A stretch of DNA of 64,000 bases. Origin: Balanoglossus misakiensis (lineage: Eukaryota; Animalia; Hemichordata). The stretch is taken from assembly GCA_040954595.2 (NCBI GenBank), contig CM082586.2:7161337-7225336 (forward strand), written 5' to 3'. The number at the start of each line of letters is the position of its first letter. The stretch's first letter is position 1. Under the pieces are notes generated by a model. That model saw only the letters and a list, made by a program, of their open reading frames with translations, was not told the DNA's origin and did no database searches. The translations under genes and the position numbers were made by a program. Below are positions 45,111 through 64,000 of this stretch, piece by piece.

Positions 45111-48061
45111 ATGAAGTTTGTACTTGTCGTTTTGTTCGTGGCCATCTCTACAACGTCTGCATTTCCGAGAAAGCCTTTCTACCGAGCGCAGTCCGACAAG
45201 CGTATTCCTGGACGCTATATAGTTGGAATAAATGTAAGTCTCAATACAATCTTACATTATGCATAGGGAAAATCTTTTTGACTGTATCGCAATATTGGTT
45301 TGGGGGTTATTCACTATTATTCTTGATTAAATATTAGACTACCTCTTCTGAATTTTAAAACTCGAAATAAAATTAGAGAAATCTGAATGTGAAAAGCGAG
45401 GAGGCGATTATGATAAATACTAGAAGACCTTGCTCTACGACCATGCATATTTGATGGTTCCTAAAAAGAACTTCCTACGACTTCTGTGTATCGATCCCTG
45501 ATGTTAAAATGCTGTGGAATAGTTTCAGCATTTTCGTACTCGATATTTTGTGTTGTAGGATGACGACTTGATGAAAAACCGCGATCTTGTCGTCAAGGCC
45601 ATTATGACGCTCCAAAAAGGAGGCAGCATCGGAATCCGCTTGAATAAAATCTTAACCAACGTGATATCCGTTGAAATGACAGACGAGGCGCTGTTGATGG
45701 TGAGTCTATCGATACAATCACTTTACTTCTGGTCACAGCAGTAGCCAAGAGGTCTACGAAGGCAAAACGACCTTTATTGATATGTCCTGTCTAAGCTGTC
45801 GCTATTGGCATAGATACATGTAGATAGAGACAGACACAGAGAGGGGGGGCAGAGGACTAGACGAAGCTGGTCGTAATTTATTTCATACCAACGGTACAGT
45901 AACTAACTGCATCATGGCCGTACAAGGAACACTATGACCTAGGAAAGCTGAACTTCCCTGCACTGTCGTATGGGTACCATCCTCACACAAACCTATAAGG
46001 TTTATCAACAGTACTAGTATACAAAGCGAATCGTCTTTTGTGTGCTGTAGGTCTTAGCACACGAAGGAGTGTCGTATGTTGAAGAGGACTCCATATTCTC
46101 CGTTGCGGCCGTGTCTTCATGGGGATTGGATCGAATTGATCAGAGAGATCTGCCGTTGGATGATACCTTCGCCCCCAGCGGTGAGTACCATTAGTCTAAT
46201 TTACATAGAGCAACTTCAACCACGTGCATCTTCTTCTGGTGTACACATTTGTGAAATACATGCATGGTCAGTTGGTTTACCTGGCAGACAGTCTCTGGAT
46301 CAAAATTGTATGTTGGGGGCGATACACCCTGCAAATGTCAATTCTGTAAATTATCATGACTTGGTCTTGAATACATGACGTCTACATTTCAGGTGATGGG
46401 TCTGGTGTTAACATTTACATCGTCGACACTGGTGTTAAGTACAGCCATAGTGACTTTGGAGGGCGCGCTCTCTATTTCCATGACTCCCTCAACGGAAATG
46501 TAAGTTTCCATCGAATACTTTGACCAGGGACCACATAAAAGGTGGCATTTGTTAAAACTGAATACAGCACTGTCAGTATGAGATTTTCCAATCGGCTACT
46601 CTGGAAACTTTGCATTTAAAGTAATCTCTCTCACATCTCTGTCTGACCCCCCCCCCTCTCTTTCTTTCTCCCACTAGGGAGTAGATTGCAACGGTCACGG
46701 CAGTCACTGCGCGGGGATAGCAGCCAGCGCGACGTACGGCGTGGCGAACAATGCCTACATCTGGGGATTGCGTGCACTTAGTTGCATCGGGCTTGGCACG
46801 AACATTGACATCATCGAAGGTAATTTACGAACTCAACAAGAATATCCAAATGCCCTTCTAATTTTACCTCGGCGAAAATAAAGGGAATGAGTGTTTGATA
46901 TATCCCCTTAAATATGACAATGCAGTCCGCCATTTCTATTGTTTTCCATCGGTTACCGTGATATAGTACCTATATATATGTTACACATACCTTTGTCCAG
47001 AAGACTAACCATATAGTGATGCAAAATAACAACAACTTATGCCTCCCTATCATTGTTATAGGCTTGGAAATTATCCGTTACCAAGGATTTCTTCCCGGTG
47101 TTGTTCTGGTTGCTATGAGCGGGCCCGCGTCCTACTCCCTTGACAACGAAATCAGACTGCTCAAGGTTGCTGGCTACACTATGGTTGTACCCGCTGGAAA
47201 CAACGGAGAAGACGCGTGTTACTATTCGCCTGCAAGATCTGCAAATGTAAGGATTCAAATGATTGGCTTATTATTTATTGGCAATTACGTTCAATGTTTA
47301 CTGATTTACCGCCCAATCTCATAAACCAATCATATATCCTCCTCTATCTGTCTGTTGTAGGCCATTACAGTCGGTGCGTCAGACTCCAATGACGTCATGT
47401 CGACGTTTTCTAACTATGGCGCATGCGTCGGTATGTTAGCACCTGGTGAGGACATCAGGAGTACCTGGCATGACAGCGACACCGCCATCAACGTTGTCAG
47501 TGGGACTTCCATGGCCGCAGCGCATGTTGCAGGTAGAGTGAAACACTCCAGTGGCATTACGTACTTACAACTCACAAAATCTAGACAGACTGCTGCATGG
47601 AAAGTTAACAGTGTACTTACAGATCGGTGAAAACGGCAATTCAGTACAGAAATCAGTGAATATGGGTGGCTCCGAGCCATAGGCCTACACCGCAAGTCAC
47701 ACCAACGAAAGTGCCAGGATGTAACGTCAGATGGAGACATGAAAGCAGCTGGTCTGGTCCCCTGCCCAATTCCCGCCGCTGGCTGCGCTACGCCGAAAGG
47801 GAAAGTAGCGCAGCCAGCGGTGGGAATGGGGCAGGGGACCAGACTAGAAAGTGGCCTGTTCAGTCATCGCCGGAGTCATCGCCTCTAAGTCTTGTTAACA
47901 CTTCGTGCTGTTACATTTCAACAGGTGCCGCTGCATTGTTGCTGGACTTGGATCCAGGACTGACACCAGATGAGGTGGAAACCCAGCTTCTGTTCGACGC
48001 GTCCGTCGACAAACTGACATCCGTCAATACATCTCCAAATCTTCTGCTCTACGTGTATTAG
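45111..48061 (+). CDS. Secreted proteinase K/PCSK9-like S8A serine protease, divergent copy C (378 aa)
   Basis: Exons 45111-45233, 45559-45699, 46051-46180, 46393-46499, 46678-46819, 47062-47246, 47361-47532, 47925-48061 (1137 nt). Motifs: VDTG, HGSHCAG, PAGN, GTSMAAAHVAG. AATAAA at 48209. Confidence 0.93.
47749..47847. repeat. GC-rich near-perfect hairpin element (~43-bp arms) in the last intron of protease C
   Basis: ctggtctggtcccctgcccaattcccgccgctggctgcgctac / gtagcgcagccagcggtgggaatggggcaggggaccagactag. Confidence 0.9.
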
Positions 48062-48530
48062 TGTACGCTGACCTCATCCGGGCATTGCTGGTCAGGGACC
48101 CACTTCCCATTGACATGGTGACACGACCTGCCGTTGTCGGGCAATGGAGCGTCCATTCTGTCATTCCTTTGAACATTCCACATGACATGTAAATTTGAGA
48201 TAAACTGCAATAAACTTAAATAATTGCAAATAACTCTGTACAATTTCTTTTAATATTTGAGCCACGAGTGACCGGGTTTGGGTTCAATTTCACCGCCCAG
48301 CTCGTTTGCATGTGTCCTGCCGATTTTACAACTTTTTGTCCCTCTACGTTTCTTACTTGTTTTGAACAAACCCCTTATTACTTTCCTCAACATGTTCCTT
48401 TAATTTCAAACTCCCGTAGGTTGACTACAACTCCAGTAAAACATCACCACACATGGCTACAATCGTCTTAGTTAGCCCAGTACCCTTTCACATATCTACT
48501 GCTGACTACTATTGTTTGAGGGGAGACGCC

Positions 48531-48785
48531 GGGGAGAGACAGAGCAGATATAGAGTACAGCAGAGCAGAGCTGCGCTGTTCTACTCTGTCTCTGCTCTGT
48601 CTCCGTCTCTGTTCTACTCTGTCTCTGTTCTGTTCTGTTCTGTTCTGCTCTTCGCTGCTCTGTTCTACTCTGTCTCAGTCTGTTCTGCTCTGCTCCGTCT
48701 CTGCTCTGCTCTGTCCTTGATCTGCTCTGCGCTGTTCTGTCTCTGATGTGTACAGTTTAGGTCTTCTCTGTCTCCGCTTTGCTCA
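48531..48785. repeat. Degenerate (CTCTG/TGTTC)n low-complexity repeat with a short inverted arm
   Basis: ggagagacagagcagatatagagtacagcagagcag is followed by its approximate reverse complement and pentamer expansions. Confidence 0.85.
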
Positions 48786-49358
48786 GAGTAATTCAGTACT
48801 TAATTCAGTGGTTACAGCAATTATAGTTTTTTTTTAGAATATATGATAAGACTGAAGGATTCATACCAACGGAAGTACGAGGATGTACGGTCATGTGGTG
48901 GCGACCAATGACCACTTTCTTTCTTTTTGACAATTTCATATCGATGATATCATCATAGTCAACATGCCTCGGCGTTTTTCAAAATTTCTCCTGTCAGTAA
49001 CACAACACCAAGCTACAACTTAGGAGCAATGGTGCACAGGAAGTGGCCAGGCGGAAGCAATTGTTGAATAGTTCGACGGAAGGAGATTGTCGGAAGTGAC
49101 GTCACAGTTTGTTTTCCATTTCCATTCTGCTTCCTTAGTACCTTGTGCAACGTATTTTTTTTTTTGGGGGGGGGGGGGTAAAACAAGACAGAAACAACTG
49201 TTTTAATTCTAAAATTACTACATCACCACTCTTTATTGCAAAACGAAATGCGAATCGTACAACTCAAAACTGTGAAGAAGAGCGAAGTATGTCTGTCAAG
49301 GTCTGGTGGAAACATAACACGATTTCGACAAACGCAGCGCACAGGTCACGTGGCTAAC

Positions 49359-52222
<2,864 letters not shown>

Positions 52223-54450
52223 TTTTTTGGTGGAGTTTTTCTCCTCTGCAATGAAATTTGGAAGTACATCTCAATTGAAAAGAAGAGAATGGCATTGCCT
52301 TCACTGCATAGGCGCAGTGAATAAACACTGCACGTGGTAATGCTGTCATTCTGTATTAAAAGAAGCAACAGTGGACACCGCAGTCAAGACTTACCTTTTC
52401 TAACTGTGCTTCGAGAAAAGTGACGGAATTGAAGAAAGCATGTCCTTTTATGTTCTCCCAAATCCCCAGAAGTCACCTGGGAGATTTGCCTCCGCACGCT
52501 TACGCTATCATATCCATGGCCTCTATCGCAGTTGTATCCGGATTAAGATTGCAAGACTCGTAACAATCCTTTCAGTCACGTGCTAATGGAGGGACAGCAG
52601 TTGGAGCACCCACCATTCATGACGTCACACAGATTTAGACACAAAGTCGACATACTAGCGAGTTAGGCGTTCTGGAGAATGATCGTTCTATGTGATATAC
52701 ATACATGCATTACAAAAATGCTTCAACTTCAAATAACTTAATTCACGATCTCACGATCTTCACGATTTTTACTAAATATCAGGAAAAAGGCAAATCGCCG
52801 AACAAGACAGACATCACTAAAAATTTACCCACATGAGCTGAAATAACATTCGTTCGATCCCTCATCCTTATCGTCATCTGTGCACTATGTTCACAGTTTC
52901 ACTGCACTCTGTACCACATCACACAATTTGGAATGTGTAAATTTAATTCGAGAAATTAACGAGTAAACAGGCACAATATGGAAGGCGTAGGCACATGTAC
53001 ACGAGACAAGTAAATAAACAAATAAGGTATTTTCTTTGCATTACACAACTTCACGTTAACGAAGGTAGATACATACACGTGTACCATCTTCCAGACAGAT
53101 AAGAGTGAATAAGAATTTAAACTGTCAAGGAGAAATATGGCGCCGTTCTCACAGAGATGATTTATCCGCACAGAAGCTTTTGGCCTGACTTCCGCTTCCG
53201 GTATTTTTCCAAAAACCTTTGACCTCATGATGCACCAGCGGTGTATTTATTCTAATGTGAGCTGGTGGCCAGGTTGAGACAGTCGCTCAAAATGGGCTAT
53301 AACGGGCATCTCGCCATTGCATATTGCACACGTGTTTGTGTGTGGTTTATTTGACGACGGAGAAACCAACTAAGACTCCGAAATAACACAATTGCCGTGT
53401 CAAACCAACAAACTCTTCCTCACAGAGGTTACAGAGAAAGTGTGTCCACACGCCATGGAAGAGACTTCAACGACTGAAAAGATAGAGGTAAAATGTGAGT
53501 TCACATCAGCAGAAACTTGGAACAGATCTCTCGCCTAGTCGAGGGTATGTCGTGAGTTTTGCAGTCTCCCCACGTGATACAAACCGAGCCTTGATGATAG
53601 ACGGCTTTTCTAGCTACGGGATGTCTTGACCTGAGATTCAGGAAAAAGTCGCGTTTTCCGACCTCAGCGACGAGGGCCAGTGACCCAGGCTACATTCATT
53701 TCGCCTTTACATCACTCCCCAATTCACACTGCACATATCCACCAGAAAGCGGACTCAAACGGAATGGCATTTGAAATATTAGTACACATCAAGTTTTGCA
53801 AAATAGTTTTGAGTTTTATTGAAAGCTCGAGATTTAAATTACAATACTTTCTCTTATTCTCAATGTCTCCATTGATACTCGACATTATGCCGAAACTTGT
53901 CGCGTGAAGTATCTTCAAATACTTCAGTGCGTTTGCAGAAGACAACTTACTACTGCTCTTGAATTTTTGCCAAAAATTGTTACATTTTCATCTCGCAAAT
54001 TTCTGACATTAAAATATTCATAGGCTGAAACAAACGACAAGTGAAACTTTTCATAGAAAAGAGGAAAATAGTTTGTTGGTGTATTGTTGCTGGTCGACAT
54101 TCAATTTGTCTATTGGAATGCTTCCAAATGTAAATATATTTGATCAATGTAAAAACTGCTGCGGTATTCTACGATTTCAATGTATTTTTGCATTTGTATG
54201 TGAAACAAATATATCTAATTGTTTACGAACGGACATAAACGCTAAAACATTCACAAATTTACATAACTAATGTCTCAAAAATGTCAGTCCTGTACACAAG
54301 CCCGTTGCTCGCCATAGTTTCATTCGGCAGGATCTTCCAAATTACAAAAAAATGTATACTTTAGAAACAATTGTCTCCGGTGCATTTTTAATATATAAAA
54401 AGGCATATGATTTTTTAAAAATAAATTTTTGGGAAATCTACTTTGTAATG

Positions 54451-54500
54451 GTCGTGTGCGGGCGCACCAGCGGTTGAAGGTTGGAGCGCCCGCACACGAC
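54451..54500. repeat. GC-rich hairpin downstream of the CUB-LDLa gene stop
   Basis: gtcgtgtgcgggcgc / gcgcccgcacacgac, a perfect 15-bp stem. Confidence 0.85.
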
Positions 54501-54686
54501 TGAATCTACAATGTACTTTGTATTCTTCGCTTTGTGATGAGGGCAGTGACATTAAACACTTTAGCACAAATTTAGAAAATGCTTTATCTGAGAATTCAGT
54601 ATCAAATATTTAAAAAATCCTTTAATATTAAACTGGAAGGTGTATAAGATAAATTATTATTACTTAGTACTTTCTGTAATGCAAAT

Positions 54687-60538
<5,852 letters not shown>

Positions 60539-62711
60539 TGATAGAAGACCCTTTGTGATAAGAAAATAAAATAGACGTGAATAATGTTAAATTCGATATA
60601 GATAAATTTTAAGCAAAGCATTGGTAAAACAGTCAATTATCATAACAAACAAAATCTACGTGGACGAGCTAATATATTGAGCCAAGACGAACATGACTTG
60701 GACAGGGTCCACAAGAGGGACAATGTCGCCGACTTTTGACATAAATTACAGTGACTTTCTGTGGAATAGTAAAAACAGACACGATTAGTAAAAAGAGAAT
60801 CCACACTGATAACAAAGACGTTGGACTCAAAATCGGCTAAACCTTGGCAGCTATTCAAATACACTAAAAGCAACGCGAATGATCTGTATTGTTCCTTGGT
60901 TCTAATTACAACTGTAAACGGAAAATATTACTTTGCAGCTCCATAAAATTAGATATAAATCTACTTAGCTCCTTTGGCTCTGGGGAAATTAAATCATCAT
61001 TTTCAGTTCGTCCATTTCAGCACAAAACACTTTCTTATTACTGGACATGTTAAGATGCCTTCTCAAAATAAAACACGTATATTCCTTACTGCAACCAAGT
61101 GTGGGTGTGACTAAATTCATTATTCTATAACATGGCAAAGGTATTATCTTCATTAGTAATAATTGTCTAACCGTTCCCAATGGTAAATGTTTAATATATG
61201 CGGAATTTCAGACTAAGTGTATTGAACATTAGACAGAATTGCGAATAACGGATGATTGATTTATTTTCACACCACTGGAAGGATTATTCCAGGGTTTACC
61301 CATAAAGCATACTTGTAACGGACCGTAATCACATTCAACAGGAGAGGGGGGTAGGCTAGCGATAAGAGAATAGCGCGACACCTTGATTGCCGATTGTCTT
61401 AAATCTGTATCGCACTGCTGTTGGCTAACGGTACGAATGTCTCCTGCGAGGTGATACGTGTGTTATTATTTTTTCTAAAAGCAGGTCGACTTCCAAACAC
61501 GATAAATGCGCGTGACCTTGATCATGCGAGCGCGCGATCACGCAGGTGTGAGACCGACCCCGTTCCAGCTGAAACCGCAAAACCGCAGCCACGCGTGCGC
61601 ACGATTTGTCGTGGTGTGGGCCTACAAAATTCAGCCAAAAATCGTACTCAACGTTAGCAATACGGGAAAAACAGCTTCCCGCGTCGTTTTGTGACATGAG
61701 TGTATTAGCACCAAGATCGATTGTTTTATCTGGCGCACGAAAGTGGCCGCATTGCGACGCAGAAATAAAATTAAAACAAGTAAGACTCTTCAATACTAAA
61801 ATGTCCCTTATTGTTGGACAATAGCGGAGACGTGAGGAAGCATAAACAGGCACATACCCGTGACTGCCAAACCTCCAATGCAGCTGCAGGAACCCAATGT
61901 ATTGTTTAAATTTATCGATCGGCAGTGCGCTAACTTCAAGCACGGTCACTCCACCGTGCTTCAAGCAGTAAACACGAGCGCTTCTCACTCCAATAAACAC
62001 AAGGGACATTTACAGACAGGCGAGAATCTGGAACAATGTGTGTTGAAAGTCCGTTATCAAAATATAATGTTTAATATTTGACCAATCTCATTAAGACTGG
62101 AGAGGGGTGGGCAAACATGTGAAATGTTAGAATGCAATTAGAGGGGTCGTGTCCTCGTTTTCTCTCATGGCTGTCAAAACAGACTACGAATGCGGGTCAA
62201 TAATAACTATGATTAGATTTTACAAAAATAAAATCATTTGGCAATGACAGACGCGAGCACCATGAAAACAAAATGAGCGTTGCATTTTGTTCGCGTGTTT
62301 CTGTGATATGAGCGAGCGAGTTTACGTAATCACCGGCGAAGGCAGTTAGGACATTCCGAGACTGTGGTCCCGTCAAACAGCGTTGCAGACCAAACTGGTC
62401 TCGATTTTTAAGGGGAAATAGCACGGACGTGTATTTCGTGTCGCTGATTGCGTACTCGTAGGCATAATCGGCCCTGTTTCCATGTATATCTACTTTAACA
62501 GGGCGAGCGCACAAAGTTCAACTTAAAGAGACAGCTCTGAGCTGGACGAAATTTTTACGTTGTACCATTGGGCGGCTGGCGGTATCTGGTACAGTGCACT
62601 GCCGTGCCGCTAACGGGGTGGCTCCACCACACACCGACGGTACTATCGTCTCAACATCAGGGGTAAATGAACTGGCCAAGCCTTCGCAGCGCACGACTCA
62701 ACTGCTCGTAC

Positions 62712-62900
62712 CTTTTTTCCACTGTGACTACAAGGATCCGGACCCCAAGAAATACTTCAACCATTACTCAACTACATCGTCACGGTGGGTTGGTAATCTC
62801 CGGTACACGATTCACACAAGTCTACCACTGTGGACCAGCGCCGCGCGTCCTGTCAGTCGCTCGTGTCTGCCGCACGCGATGCGTCAGACCGTCTTCTGTG
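62712..62900 (-). other. Candidate upstream (5' UTR) exon of the CUB-LDLa gene
   Basis: CpG-rich stretch ending in donor AAG|GTACGA at 62712. An acceptor lies 12 nt before the ATG at 60538. The linkage is inferred. Confidence 0.3.
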
Positions 62901-64000
62901 ATGTAATAATCGGTGTCAGTGGCGGTCGGGTACACCCTACCACACACTAGTAGGTCATTCAGGTGACCCCGTCCCCAGCAAGTGATTTTTTTCGGTAATA
63001 AGTAACAGCACGACTCGCGCTGAGCCCCCTCTCACGTACCTGCAGGTGTCACTTACGTCCGGTATTAAGCTTTCTTTCGTTTCTGTCTGGTACACGATAG
63101 CATGCGCACACCTTGTTCTTGTCTCATTGTATTTAAATGGGCATTTTTCACCGTTTCTCAATTTCAATTTACAGGAAAAGATTCACATACAATTCTCTTG
63201 TGATATTAAACATGGAAACGGGTAGGCATAATAGAAGAATTAGGATAACTAATTTCCTCCATCTTAGAACTAAAAAAATCCTAATTAAATATATTTTAAC
63301 GACAATGTTGCGACTTGTTTTCAACTGAAACTTATCAGCTGGGTTCTGTAAATATTCACTTAGAGTATAAATTCGTACATGCACGGAATCAAATTGTAGT
63401 CAAACAACAGAGGTATGCACCCTGTACTTGAAGTGGTCTGGTAAAACATGTCTCACGCACTTATTGCATTACGCATGCTCACTTCACGATGCAAATACTG
63501 GCACGACATCGACTCGTCTGGCGGTTCTGGTGACGTCACAGGTATCTTCTAATTTACATATGCCCATATATAGTTTAAAATGCGTGACTAAATTTTGGAA
63601 TGACAATGTGTTGGCACACCTAATGCGTGGCCACTCCATGTAAATCTGTCATTGGCTAGATCTCTCAATTAATTAATTCGATTCAAATGTAAGTATGTAT
63701 TTGGGTGGCTGTGGTCATCATAATAAACTTGAAATACAGTTATTGCGAAATGCGTTGTTATGGACTATATAATTAGAAAAAGAAACGTTATAGATGTTTC
63801 ATTTTTTTGGTAAACTGAATGAGGCATTTATGAGAGTAGATGTTTTGAAAGTGGTATTCTCTTTGACGCAGTGGAAATTTGGGGAAAACTTCATTTGCGA
63901 TTTCTTCATCGCCATTACAGTCTGAGAGAGTCGGTCGTCGTTCGGTCGCATTGTGCTGGGGATGTGAGTATGGCCCCGCATAAGTTCGTGATGAGCGTGT

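Noticed and set aside
45111-48061. Protease C as a pseudogene
   Set aside because: All exons are in frame, splice sites are canonical, and the catalytic D/H/S and oxyanion Asn are retained.
61425-62009. 194-aa ORF in CpG-rich DNA
   Set aside because: No recognisable homology; more likely regulatory or repeat-derived sequence.
63788-64000. Possible last coding exon of a neighbouring minus-strand gene
   Set aside because: Two frames are open, no motif is recognisable, and it is truncated by the window edge.

Overview
Intron-rich, AT-rich animal genomic DNA, not prokaryotic. It is probably a marine invertebrate such as a non-vertebrate deuterostome, which is an inference from gene content and repeats. 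I spliced the genes by hand from GT-AG sites, and all exon chains close in frame. In order, the window holds: the first exon and intron of an unidentified minus-strand gene; a single-coding-exon mTERF gene (+); SERINC (-, 13 exons plus a candidate 21-nt microexon); prolyl endopeptidase PREP (-, 16 exons, 710 aa, ending in a PTS1-like -AKL); an SLC16/MCT transporter (+); four secreted proteinase-K-like S8 proteases (A+, B+, C+, D-); and a CUB-CUB-CUB-LDLa single-pass receptor with two PPxY motifs (-). The proteases share intron positions with vertebrate PCSK9 as I recall its structure, but lack its C-terminal domain. A and D are inverted paralogues with mosaic identity, and the upstream regions of all four are rich in CACGTG. 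Introns carry many MITEs (TTAA, TA and hairpin types), two Crypton-like elements and microsatellites. No rRNA, tRNA or CRISPR was seen.
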